Part shown: one piece after another, positions 23,401 to 32,838 of the stretch
Layout of the letters: the number at the start of each line of letters is the position of its first letter
How positions within the stretch are numbered: the stretch's first letter is position 1
From: an uncultured Gemmatimonadales bacterium
GTDB taxonomy: Bacteria; Gemmatimonadota; Gemmatimonadetes; Longimicrobiales; Gaopeijiaceae
Direction of reading: 5' to 3'
Assembly (NCBI GenBank): GCA_963823035.1
Contig: CAWGKG010000007.1
Location: 128,001 to 192,000, forward strand
Length of the DNA stretch: 64,000 bases
The notes under the pieces: generated by a model
Told to the model about the DNA's origin: nothing
Seen by the model: only the letters and a program-made list of their open reading frames with translations
The model's database searches: none
Translations under genes and position numbers: made by a program

Positions 23401-24520
23401 TCAGGGCGTCGATCGAGCGCGATGCTCCATGAGGGCGATGAACCGGTCGAAGAGATACCGGCTGTCGTGCGGGCCGGGCGCGGCCTCGGGGTGGTACTGC
23501 ACGCAGAACACCGGCAGGGTGCGGTGCTCCACCCCCTCGACGGTGCCGTCGTAGAGGTTGACGTGGGTGAGGCGCAGGTCGGGCGCCCCGGGGATCCCGC
23601 CGTCCTCGTCGGCACGAACCGCGAAGCCGTGATTCTGCGAGGTGATCTCGACGGTGCCGCGGTCGAGGTTCTTCACGGGATGGTTCCCGCCGTGGTGCCC
23701 GAAGGGGAGCTTGTACGTCGCCCCGCCGAAGGCCCGCGCGATGAGCTGATGACCCAGGCAGATGCCGAAGACGGGGATGTCGGCTTCGGCGAGGCCGACG
23801 ATGGCCCGCTCCGCCTTCGAGACGGCGGCCGGGTCGCCGGGCCCGTTGGAGACGAAGAGCCCGTCCGGGGGATCCGCCAGGATCGACGGGACGGAGCGTG
23901 TCGGCCGGGAGGACGGTCACGCGGCATCCGCGCTCCGCGAGGAGCTTGGGAGAGTGGGCCTTCACGCCGAAGTCGTACGCCAGGACGTGGAAGCGCTCCT
24001 GGCCGACGGCCGGCACCTCGTACGGCTCCCTCGTCGAGACGCCGCACGCGAGGTCCAGCCCCTCCATCACCGGGTGGGCCGAGATCCGCGCCATCACCTC
24101 GTGGACCGGCTGGTCGGCGGGCGCGATCGCGCCCCGCATGGCGCCCCGGCTGCGGATGTGGCGGGTGAGCGCGCGCGTGTCGATGTCGGCGATCCCGGTG
24201 ATGCCCTTCTCCCTCAGGTACCCGTCGAGCGAGCCCTCGGAGCGCCAGTTCGACGGGCGGCGGGCGGCCTCACGGACGATGAAGCCCGCCACGCGTGGAT
24301 CGGGCGACTCGCGGTCCTCGCGGTTCACGCCGTAGTTGCCGATGAGCGGGTAGGTCATCGTCACCAGCTGGCCCGTGTACGACGGGTCCGTGAGTACCTC
24401 CTGGTACCCGGTCATGCAGGTGTTGAAGACCACCTCGCCGAGGGCGAGCCGGGGTGAGCCGAAGAAGACGCCTTCGAAGCGGCGTCCGTCTTCCAGGAGG
24501 AGGTAGGCCCGATCTTCCAA
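23401..24520 (-). CDS. carA: Carbamoyl-phosphate synthase small subunit (frameshift near 23895)
   Basis: [32 protein letters not shown] and GICLGHQ in the middle frames; ITSQNHGF and [13 protein letters not shown] at the C-terminus. Confidence 0.93.
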
Positions 24521-24715
24521 AGCGCGGGGCTCCGGTGGGAGGGGGTCGGGTATGCGACGTCCGCGAAAGCTAGGAAGCCCACGGAGTGACGCAATGCTCC
24601 CCCCCGCCTCCGGCTCCGTCGGCGCGTCCCCGGCGCCGCGAGAACCACCCGGGCTCCCGGGGTTCGGGCGCCGTTGTTACCTTCGGCGCTCCTTCTCCTC
24701 GAGCTCCGAGCCGCG

Positions 24716-25282
24716 ATGCCCCGCCAGACCGTCCACGTCCACGCCGACGAATCCTGCCTGGGCAACCAGTTCCAGGACCGCGCCACGCCCGGCGGAGCCG
24801 GCGGGCTCGTCGAGGTCTGGCGCGACGGTGCATGGCAGCGGCGGGACTACTGGATCTCGGAGCCCGACACGACGAACAACCGGATGGCCCTGCGCTCCGC
24901 CATCGAGGCGCTGCGCGGCCTGAAGCGGCCGTGCTCGTGCGCTTCGTCTCCGACAGCCAGTATCTCGTGAAGGGGATCTCCGAGTGGCTCCCGGGATGGA
25001 AGAGCCGCGGGTGGCGCCGGAAGGCGGGGCCGATCGAGAACCTCGAGCTCTGGCAGGAGCTGGACGGGTGGCTCGGGCGCCACGAGGTCCGCACCCGAGT
25101 GGGTGCGGGGCCACGCGGGGCACCCCCGCAACGAGTACGCCAACCACCTCGCCACCACGGCCGCGAAGGAGCAGTCGGCGTCGGGGGGGATGGTCGACTC
25201 GGGGTTCGAGGCGTGGCTCGAGGAGGAGCGGGAGCGGGGTCGGTATCTGGACTTCCAGGAGTTCCTGCCCCCCGGAGGGTGA
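24716..25282 (+). CDS. rnhA: Ribonuclease HI (frameshifts near 24935 and 25095)
   Basis: ADESCLGN, TTNNRMAL, SDSQYLVKGI.EW...W, NLELWQEL and WVRGHAGHPRNEYANHLA across three frames; TGA at 25280-25282. Confidence 0.9.
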
Positions 25283-25325
25283 CGACTCGTCCCGGAAGGC
25301 GTCGGTCCGGCGGCACGCATACCCC

Positions 25326-25368
25326 AAAAGTCGAAGCGGCCCGGTCACCGAAGTGCCCGAGCCGCTTC
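25326..25368 (-). terminator. Intrinsic terminator with cUUCGg tetraloop (possibly bidirectional)
   Basis: Minus strand GAAGCGGCTCGGGCAC-TTCG-GTGACCGGGCCGCTTC followed by GACTTTT. Confidence 0.75.
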
Positions 25369-25706
25369 TTGCTCGAAGGAGCTGCCGGCCGCTACACGCT
25401 GCGCCTGCATCCTCCCTTCTGCGCTGGCAGGATCACGGTCCTTGTTTGGGTCCGTCCACGTGCGGACGGCTGGACCTTCACCTTTCCTCCCCTCTTCGCG
25501 CCACGCGGTCCGTGGCGAGGGGCGCCCCCCGAATTCGTCTGGGGGCCTGCCCGACAGGGCCAGCGACCTCCCTGCCGTGCTCCCCGGGTTTCCCAAACCC
25601 CGGTTCGCTTGCCGCCGTGACGCCGTCGCGCCAGGCAACTGCCTTTCGGATTCGTCGGAGGGATGACCATCGCCATCGTCTTTCAACGAGCCGCATCCGA
25701 AACGCG
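25326..25706 (-). ncRNA. Candidate structured non-coding RNA (~380 nt), family not recognised
   Basis: No convincing protein ORF; about 8 consecutive hairpins with GAAA and UUCG tetraloops on the minus strand, an upstream promoter-like motif and a downstream terminator. Confidence 0.55.
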
Positions 25707-25712
25707 AGTGTA

Positions 25713-25741
25713 TATCTACGAGGCCACCCGCCGGGGTGCAA
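25713..25741 (-). promoter_or_regulatory. Sigma70-like promoter for the candidate ncRNA
   Basis: TTGCAC (25741-25736) - 17 nt - TAGATA (25718-25713). Confidence 0.5.
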
Positions 25742-25983
25742 GGGTTTCGGACCGAGAAGTGTCCATCGATCCATCGCATACACCGCAACTGTATTTGTGC
25801 CAATCGTGTTACGTGGTTCATCCGAACTGCTTTCGATGTCTCTTCGGGGCTCTCGGTAAACAAACGAATTCAGGGACATCTTCTTCCCGAAACATACGGT
25901 TCCTGAGCGGGACGAACCCCGAAAGAGCGCCTCGGGAGGGCGGCCGGCAGCCCCCTCGTCTTCTGCGGAAATTGTTGTTTGCG

Positions 25984-26681
25984 CTACAAAACGCGGGCGT
26001 CGAAGACGACCGAGAAGGCCGCGATCACGGCCTCCTGCACGGATTCCACCGAGACGCCCCGTCCGAGCTCACGCTCGAGCGAGGTCACGTTCCGGTCCCG
26101 GATGCCGCAGGGGACGATGGTCGCCGAAGAAGCCGAGATCGGTGGACACGTTGAGCGCGAAGCCGTGGGAGGTGATCCACCCGGACGAGACGCGCACGCC
26201 GATGGCCGCGAGCTTGCCCACGTCGGTCCAGACGCCGGTGAGCCCGGCCACGCGCCTCGCGGACACATCGAGGGAGGCGGCGGCCCGGATGAGGACCTCC
26301 TCGAGGTCCCTCAGATAGCGGTGGAGATCCTTCCGATCCGGCTTGAGGTCCAGGATCGGGTAGCCGACCAGCTGCCCGGGTCCGTGGTAGGTCACGTCCC
26401 CGCCCCGCCCCGTCTGGTGGAGCTCGATGCCGAGGCGGGCCCGCTCGGCCTCGTCCGCGAGGACGTGCTCGGGGCTGCGACCCCGTGCCGAGCGTGATGA
26501 CGTGCGGATGCTCCAGGAGCAGGAGCAGGTCCGGGACGGATCCCGCCCTGCGTTCCTTCACGAGGGCCTCCTGGATCCTCAGCCCCTCGGCATAGGGGAT
26601 CCGGCCGAGGCGCCGCACCTCGAGGGTGCGCGCGGTACCGGCCTCCGCCCCGGCGTGCTCGCGCGTGGGCGCGTCAGGCAT
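25984..26681 (-). CDS. lipB: Lipoyl(octanoyl) transferase (frameshifts near 26485 and 26125)
   Basis: [38 protein letters not shown]...[16 protein letters not shown]. Confidence 0.93.
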
Positions 26682-28077
26682 CCTCGGGGAAGTCGTCCAA
26701 CACCTCCTTGAGCCGCGCCAGGAAGCGCGCGGCGTCCGCCCCGTCCACGATGCGGTGGTCGTACCCCAGCGAGAAGAGGGCACGCTTGCGGATCGCCATC
26801 GCGTCCCCCCCGGTGTCGGGGTCCTCCACGACCACCACGCGCTTCTCGACGGCACCGGTCCCCAGGATCGCCGCGGTGCCCTTCGGAATGACCGGCATCC
26901 CGACCATCGTGCCGAGCACGCCCGGGTTGGTGATCGAGAACGTGGCGCCCTGGATCTCGTCCGGGACGAGCTGTCGGGCGCGGGCCCGCTCGGCCAGGTC
27001 GCTGAGCTTGCGGGCGATGCCCACCAGGCTGAGGTCGTCCGCGTCCTTGATCACCGGGACGATGAGCCCGGGGTTCAGGTCCACGGCCATGCCGAGGTTC
27101 ACGTTGCCGCGGTAGATGAGGTTGTTGCCCGACACGGTGGAGTTCACCATCGGGAACTCGCGCAGCAAGCGCGACACGCCCCACGCCACGAACGCCGTGT
27201 AGCTGACCTTCGCGCCCTGCTCGGCCCACTTCTTCTTGCCCGCGGCGCGCACGCGGTCGATGACGGTGAAGTCGATCTCGATGAACGAGTGCACGTGCGG
27301 GGCGATCCGCTTCGCCACCACCATGTGCTCCGCCGTGAGCCGGCGGATCTTGTCCATCGCCTCGACGCGGTCCGCGTCCCGGACGGGGAACTCCGGATGC
27401 TGGACCTCGCCGTAGAACCGCTTCCAGAGGTCGGATGGCGCAGAGGACGCAGAGGGGGTCGCGGGCACCGCCGGCTCTGCGGCCCTGGCCGGCTTCGCGC
27501 GGGCCGTGGGCCCCGTTGGGGACGCCGCCTTCCCCTCTCCGGACTCGATGTAGTCGAGGATGTCCTGCTTCGTGACGCGGCCGGCGTGGCCGGTGCCCTG
27601 CACCGCCGCGATCTCGACGCCGTGCTCCTCGGCGATCTTCCGCACCACCGGGGTCGAGCGCGTGCGCAGCCGCTCGTCGGCGTCCGCAGGCGCCGCGCGC
27701 CTCCGCGGCGGCACCGGCTCGGCCGCCTCGGCCTCGGCAGCGGCCTCCGGTGCACCGCGGTCCCCACCCGAAGCCTCGGCGGCTCCCGCGGCCTCCTCGG
27801 CCGGCTCCGGCCTCCCGTTCGTGGCCGGCGGACCGCCGTCCGGATCGATGTAGGCCACGACCGTCCCCACCTCGACCGTGGCGCCCTCCAGGACGGCGAT
27901 CTCGACCAGCGTACCGCCGGAGGGCGCGGGGATCTCCGCGTCCACCTTGTCGGTCGAGATCTCCAGGATCGGCTCGTCGCGCTCGACGGTGTCGCCGACC
28001 TGCTTCAGCCACTTGGAGACGGTGCCCTCCGCGATGGACTCGCCCATCTGGGGCATGGGGACTTCGATGCGGGCCAC
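26674..28077 (-). CDS. 2-oxoacid dehydrogenase E2, dihydrolipoamide acyltransferase
   Basis: Lipoyl domain EISTDKVDAE, E3-binding TPVVRKIA...GRVTKQDI, catalytic YDHRIVDG. Confidence 0.95.
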   Translation of the reverse strand: MARIEVPMPQMGESIAEGTVSKWLKQVGDTVERDEPILEISTDKVDAEIPAPSGGTLVEIAVLEGATVEVGTVVAYIDPDGGPPATNGRPEPAEEAAGAAEASGGDRGAPEAAAEAEAAEPVPPRRRAAPADADERLRTRSTPVVRKIAEEHGVEIAAVQGTGHAGRVTKQDILDYIESGEGKAASPTGPTARAKPARAAEPAVPATPSASSAPSDLWKRFYGEVQHPEFPVRDADRVEAMDKIRRLTAEHMVVAKRIAPHVHSFIEIDFTVIDRVRAAGKKKWAEQGAKVSYTAFVAWGVSRLLREFPMVNSTVSGNNLIYRGNVNLGMAVDLNPGLIVPVIKDADDLSLVGIARKLSDLAERARARQLVPDEIQGATFSITNPGVLGTMVGMPVIPKGTAAILGTGAVEKRVVVVEDPDTGGDAMAIRKRALFSLGYDHRIVDGADAARFLARLKEVLDDFPEDA

Positions 28078-28186
28078 GCTCGTCTACTCCGCGGTCTTCG
28101 GGTTCAACGGGAACGGGTCGGCTTACCCGCCTGTCGCGCGATTCGGTCCGCCGGCGTCGCGGCAGACTGGAAGGATCGCCCGCCGG

Positions 28187-29212
28187 TCAGTAGCGGGCAA
28201 GGTAACGCGCAGCCTCCACCACGTCGTCCACCTGGGGGAGGAAGTAGTCCTCCAGGGGGGCCGCGTAGGGCACCGGCGCGTCGATGGCCGTCACCCGCAG
28301 GATGGGTCCATCGAGCCACTCGAACGCCCGCTCGTTGACGCGCATGGCGATCTCGCCGGCGATGCCGCCGGTGCGCGTGTCCTCGTGCACGACCAGCAGC
28401 TTGCCGGTACGGCGCACGCTCTCCACCACGGCATCCTCGTCCAGCGGGAGCAGCGTGCGCAGATCGAGGATCTCGACGGAGATGCCGTCCTCCTCCTCCA
28501 GCCGCGCGGCGGCCTCCACGCTTCGGTGGACCATGGCGCCGTACGTGACGACGGTCAGGTCGCTCCCGGCGCGCACCGTGCGCGCCTTCCCGAGCGGGAC
28601 GACGTAGTCCTCGTCGGGGAGGACCTCGCGCAGCGCGGGCGCGCGGTAGAGCCCCTTGTGCTCCTCGAAGAGCACCGGGTTGTCGTCACGGATGGCGGCC
28701 TTCAACAGGCCCTTGGCGTCGTAGGCGGTGCTCGGGTACACGATCTTCAGGCCAGGCGTGTGGAAGAACGCCATCTCCACGTTCTGGGAGTGGAACGGGC
28801 CGCCGCGGTTGCCGCCCCCGACCGGCCCGCGGATCACCAGGGGCATGGGGCCGGCGCCGCGGTAGAGGGAGGTGGCGATGTAGTTCGTGATGACGTCGTA
28901 GGCCGGGGAGATGAAGTCCATGAACTGCATCTCCACCACGGGGCGCAGACCCATGTGGGCGGCTCCGGCGGCCGCGCCGGTGAAGCCGCCCTCGGCGATG
29001 GGCGTGTCGATCACTCGCCGTTCGCCGAAGTGTTCGAGGAAGCCTCGCGTCACCTTGAACGCGCCCCCGTACACGCCGATGTCCTCGCCCATCAGGAAGA
29101 CGCGCTCGTCGCGCTCCATCTCCTCGTAGAGGGCCTCGGAGATGGCCTCGAGGAAGGTGACGGCCTCCCGCCGCCGTGTACGCGTCAGATGGTCGGGCGC
29201 GGAAGGGCTCAT
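28187..29212 (-). CDS. 2-oxoacid dehydrogenase E1 beta subunit
   Basis: GEDIGVYGG, VIDTPIAE, EMQFMDF, FHSQ, DLRTLLPLD. Confidence 0.95.
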   Translation of the reverse strand: MSPSAPDHLTRTRRREAVTFLEAISEALYEEMERDERVFLMGEDIGVYGGAFKVTRGFLEHFGERRVIDTPIAEGGFTGAAAGAAHMGLRPVVEMQFMDFISPAYDVITNYIATSLYRGAGPMPLVIRGPVGGGNRGGPFHSQNVEMAFFHTPGLKIVYPSTAYDAKGLLKAAIRDDNPVLFEEHKGLYRAPALREVLPDEDYVVPLGKARTVRAGSDLTVVTYGAMVHRSVEAAARLEEEDGISVEILDLRTLLPLDEDAVVESVRRTGKLLVVHEDTRTGGIAGEIAMRVNERAFEWLDGPILRVTAIDAPVPYAAPLEDYFLPQVDDVVEAARYLARY

Positions 29213-30279
29213 CGGGCCTCGGCAGCGGTGACGCGGGGGTCGACGGGAGACCGGCGTGTCCAGGGCGCGGACATGGGGCCGTCCGTGAGGACGCCCTCGA
29301 GGGCCTCGTGCCCGGAGGGGTCGGGTTCGGCGAGCACGCGGTCCGCGGAGGCCGCACAGCGGGCCACGGCGTCGTCGCGGATCACGTCCAGCTCTTCGGC
29401 GGTCGAGACACCCAACGCCTTCAGGCGGTGCGCGGAGCGGTCGATGGGATCCCGACGCGCCCACTCGGCCACCACCTCCGGGTCCACATAGTCCTGGGCG
29501 TCGTGCTGCGCGTGGCCCAGCCGCCGGAAGAAGCGCAGCTCGAGCATCTGCACCCCCTCGCCGGATCGGGCACGCTGCGCGGCGCGCTGCGTCGCGTCCT
29601 GGACGGCCACGACGTCGGTCCCGTCGACGGCGTCGGCACGGATGCCGTATCCGACCGCCTTGTGCGTGAAGCTCTCGAGACGCGTCGCGCCGCGGAGAGG
29701 GGTGGAGAACGCCCACTCGTTGTTCTCCACCACGAGGAGGAGGGGGCAGCGCTGCGCGGCCGCAAAGGCCAGTCCTTCGTGCCAGGCACCGGTCGAGGTG
29801 GCGCCGTCCCCGTGGAAGACCGCAGCCACACGATCCTCACCGCGGAGGCGGAAGGAGAGGGCGATCCCCGCGACCACCTCGAGCATCATTCCCAGAGGCC
29901 ACACCGGTCCCACGATGCCGCGCGCATGGTCGACGCGGTGGACGTTCGCCTGCCGGCCGCCGGACGGTCCGGTGGCGCGTCCGAGATGCTGGCGGAAGAA
30001 GTCGTCGAGGCTCTCACCGAAGACGAGGACCGCGCCGCCCGCACGGATGGAGGGGGCCAGGTAGTCGCCGTCACCTCGTGCGCCCCGCCGCAGGCCCGCC
30101 GCCACCCCGACGGCGCCGGCTTCCTGCCCGAGGGAGCGGTAGACGCTCCCGTGCAGGCGCCCCTGCTCGTGGAGGATCTCGAGCCGCTCCTCGGCGGCCC
30201 GGATGAGACACATCCACCGATGAAGCTCGACGAGCTCCGGATGCCCGAGCGCGGCGGACGATTCCCCGGTCGCGCCCAC
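29209..30279 (-). CDS. 2-oxoacid dehydrogenase E1 alpha subunit
   Basis: GQEA, TPP motif GDGA...VENN, VDGTDV, RRLGHAQHD; start approximate. Confidence 0.9.
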   Translation of the reverse strand: MGATGESSAALGHPELVELHRWMCLIRAAEERLEILHEQGRLHGSVYRSLGQEAGAVGVAAGLRRGARGDGDYLAPSIRAGGAVLVFGESLDDFFRQHLGRATGPSGGRQANVHRVDHARGIVGPVWPLGMMLEVVAGIALSFRLRGEDRVAAVFHGDGATSTGAWHEGLAFAAAQRCPLLLVVENNEWAFSTPLRGATRLESFTHKAVGYGIRADAVDGTDVVAVQDATQRAAQRARSGEGVQMLELRFFRRLGHAQHDAQDYVDPEVVAEWARRDPIDRSAHRLKALGVSTAEELDVIRDDAVARCAASADRVLAEPDPSGHEALEGVLTDGPMSAPWTRRSPVDPRVTAAEAR

Positions 30280-30296
30280 GGGCCGTGGAACGACGC

Positions 30297-30659
30297 CTAC
30301 CGTCCCGAAGTGTCCGTTGCGGCCGGCGGAACCGCGGTCGCACCGGCGTCGGTGCCCGGGAGGATGGGCTGCGGCGCGGGGGCCGTGGCCGGGGCGTCGA
30401 TCTGGATCACGGACTCCGGCTGCCGTGCGCGCGAGGAGAGGATCGACAGCACGAACGCGAGCAGCATGAAGATGGTGCCGGCTACCCAGGTCGCGCGCGT
30501 CAGCACGGTGGTGGCCTGCCGACCGCCCAGGATGCCCTCGGTCATGGCGGCGCTCCCGCCCATGGCCGCGAGGCCGCCGCCCTTCCCCGACTGGAGGAGG
30601 ATGACGACGGCGAGGAACAACCCGTCCAGGACCAGGACCGCGAGCAGGAATCCGTACAT
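30297..30659 (-). CDS. secG: Preprotein translocase subunit SecG
   Basis: MYGFLL...VILLQSGKGGGL...LTRATW; downstream of tpiA. Confidence 0.93.
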   Translation of the reverse strand: MYGFLLAVLVLDGLFLAVVILLQSGKGGGLAAMGGSAAMTEGILGGRQATTVLTRATWVAGTIFMLLAFVLSILSSRARQPESVIQIDAPATAPAPQPILPGTDAGATAVPPAATDTSGR

Positions 30660-30783
30660 CGTTTCGCCGATTGGTTTTGCGTAGGTGGTACAGACGATAA
30701 ACGTCGGAACGCGCCGAGGATGTGTCAACGGCGGGCCGGGGGATGCGCCGGGGTCGGCTCCCCCCGCGCATCCCCCCGCGTCC

Positions 30784-31530
30784 CTACCCCGCGGCGGCCA
30801 CCAGCGCGGCGAAGGACACCGGATCGAGGCTGGCGCCGCCCACCAGGACGCCGTCGACGTTCGGGGAGCCCAGCAGCTCGGCGGCGTTGTCCGGCTTGAC
30901 ACTCCCACCGTAGAGGATCGGCGCCCGGGTCGCACGCGCCGGTCCGACGCGCTCGTCAAGCCGGGCGCGGAGCGTCGCATGCGCCGCCGACGCATCGGCG
31001 GGCGTGGCCGTCTCGCCCGTGCCGATGGCCCACACGGGCTCGTACGCCAGGATGAATCGCTCCCGCGACTCTTCGAGCGCATCGAGCGCCGCGTCGAGCT
31101 GGCCCACGATCACCTCGTCCACGCGCCCGGCGCGACGCTCGTCCAGCATCTCGCCGACGCACACGACCGGGACGAGCCGATGCCGTCGGGCCGCCCTGAT
31201 CTTGCGGGCCACGTCCTGGTCCGTCTCGCCGAAGACGTGGCGGCGCTCGGAGTGGCCGACGAGCACGAAGCCCGCGCCCGCCTCCTGAGCCATGGAGGCC
31301 GAGATCTCACCCGTGAACGCGCCGGAGTCCTCCCAGTAGATGTTCTGGACGCCCAGCTTGACCCGTCGGTCGCGATCCGGGCTGGACACGGCCACCGCCA
31401 GGGAGAGCGCGGGCGGGAAGACGACGATCTCGTGCGCTCCCGCCCCCTCGGGCAGCTGCAGCCCGGCGAAGAAGGCGCGGGTCCCGCTCGGGCCGTGGTT
31501 CATCTTCCAGTTGCCGGCGATGACCTTCAC
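30784..31530 (-). CDS. tpiA: Triose-phosphate isomerase
   Basis: IAGNWKMN, GHSERR, AYEPVWAIGTG, LYGGSV, LVGGASL. Confidence 0.97.
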   Translation of the reverse strand: MKVIAGNWKMNHGPSGTRAFFAGLQLPEGAGAHEIVVFPPALSLAVAVSSPDRDRRVKLGVQNIYWEDSGAFTGEISASMAQEAGAGFVLVGHSERRHVFGETDQDVARKIRAARRHRLVPVVCVGEMLDERRAGRVDEVIVGQLDAALDALEESRERFILAYEPVWAIGTGETATPADASAAHATLRARLDERVGPARATRAPILYGGSVKPDNAAELLGSPNVDGVLVGGASLDPVSFAALVAAAG

Positions 31531-32741
31531 GACGCACCCCCTTCGTCGAGCGCGGCGACACCGGGCAGCTCTGCCCCCGCCAGGAACTCGAGCGACGCCC
31601 CGCCACCCGTGGAGACGTGCGTGATACGATCCGCCAGCCCCGCACGCTCGACGGCCGCGGCGGAGTCCCCGCCACCGAGCACGGCCGTGGCGCCGCCGTC
31701 GCACGCCGTGGCGACCGCGCGCGCGATCTCGATGGTACCCTCGGCGAAGGCGTCGATCTCGAACACCCCCATCGGCCCGTTCCAGACGATGGTCCCGGCG
31801 CCTGCGATCTCCTTCGCGTAGGCCGCCCGGGTCCCGGGCCCGATGTCCGCGATGCGGTCGCCGGCACCCACGTGCGACCGCTCGACCACCCGGGTGGACG
31901 CGCCCTCGGCGATGTCGGCCGCCACGACGCAGTCGACGGGCAGGACCAGACGGTCGCCGGCGGACTCGAGCGTCTTGCGCGCGAGGTCCAGGCGGTCGTC
32001 CTCGACGAGCGAGGCGCCCACCTCGAGGCCCATCGACTTGAAGAAGGTGTTCGCCATCGCCCCACCGATCAGGAGCCGGTCCACGCGCGGGAGCAGCGCC
32101 TCGATCACGTCGATCTTCCCGGAGATCTTCGCGCCCCCGAGGATCGCCACGAACGGCCGCTTCGGCCGGGCGAGCGCGTCCCCGAGAAAGCGCAGCTCAC
32201 GCGCCATGAGGAGGCCGGCAACGGCCTCCCCACCCTTCGCGCGGACGGCTTCGGCCAGGCCGGACGTCGACGCGTGCGCCCTGTGCGCGGCCCCGAAGGC
32301 ATCGTTCACGAAGAGGTCGCCGAGGGCGGCCCACTCGGCCGCCAGCGCCGCGTCGTTCTTGGTGTCGCCCGCGAGGAAGCGCGTGTTCTCCAGAAGCGCC
32401 ACGTCACCGTCGCCGAGCGCACCCACGGCCGCGGCGACCGCCGCTCCGGCCGACTCCGGCACGAAGAGCACGGGTCGCCCGAGCAGCTCGCCGAGACGCG
32501 CCGCCACCGGCGCGAGCGAATACTTGGGGTCCGGCGCACCCTTCGGCCTGCCCAGGTGGGAAAGGAGGACGACGCGTGCCCCTGCGCCGGTGAGAAGCTG
32601 GAGGGTCGGAAGCGAGGCGCGGATGCGCCGGTCGTCGGAGATGCTGGCCCCGTCGAGGGGCACGTTGAGGTCTGCGCGAACGAGAACGGTGCGTCCCGCC
32701 AACGCGGAGGGATCGAGTTCGGAGATGATCTTCTTGCGCAT
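31527..32741 (-). CDS. pgk: Phosphoglycerate kinase
   Basis: RADLNVP, LSHLGRP, NDAFGAAHR, WNGPMGVFE, HVSTGGGASLE. Confidence 0.97.
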   Translation of the reverse strand: MRKKIISELDPSALAGRTVLVRADLNVPLDGASISDDRRIRASLPTLQLLTGAGARVVLLSHLGRPKGAPDPKYSLAPVAARLGELLGRPVLFVPESAGAAVAAAVGALGDGDVALLENTRFLAGDTKNDAALAAEWAALGDLFVNDAFGAAHRAHASTSGLAEAVRAKGGEAVAGLLMARELRFLGDALARPKRPFVAILGGAKISGKIDVIEALLPRVDRLLIGGAMANTFFKSMGLEVGASLVEDDRLDLARKTLESAGDRLVLPVDCVVAADIAEGASTRVVERSHVGAGDRIADIGPGTRAAYAKEIAGAGTIVWNGPMGVFEIDAFAEGTIEIARAVATACDGGATAVLGGGDSAAAVERAGLADRITHVSTGGGASLEFLAGAELPGVAALDEGGAS

Positions 32742-32838
32742 GACGCGAGCCGGTGAAGGGCGACGTACAGGACCCGCAGGAAGCTACCAGCGATGGCCCC
32801 CCCACGTCACCGGCGGTGACCCCCGCGAGCCCCCGCCG

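Noticed and set aside
23401..24520. carA without adjacent carB; E1/E2 cluster without E3
   Set aside because: Separation of these partners is common and they may lie outside the window.
25326..25706. Candidate ncRNA as RNase P RNA, tmRNA or SRP RNA
   Set aside because: GGGGAGGAAAG is not followed by TCC and there is no 3' P4 partner; no tRNA-like GGGG...CCA ends; no SRP GGAAGGAAGCAGC loop.
25784..25803. TTGGCAC...TTGC on the minus strand as a sigma54 promoter
   Set aside because: The GG-to-GC spacing is 13 nt rather than the required 10.
25345..26154. Overlapping ORFs of 94-172 aa in the lipB-rnhA gap
   Set aside because: No recognisable motifs or consistent GC3 bias, and they conflict with each other; structured RNA explains the region better.
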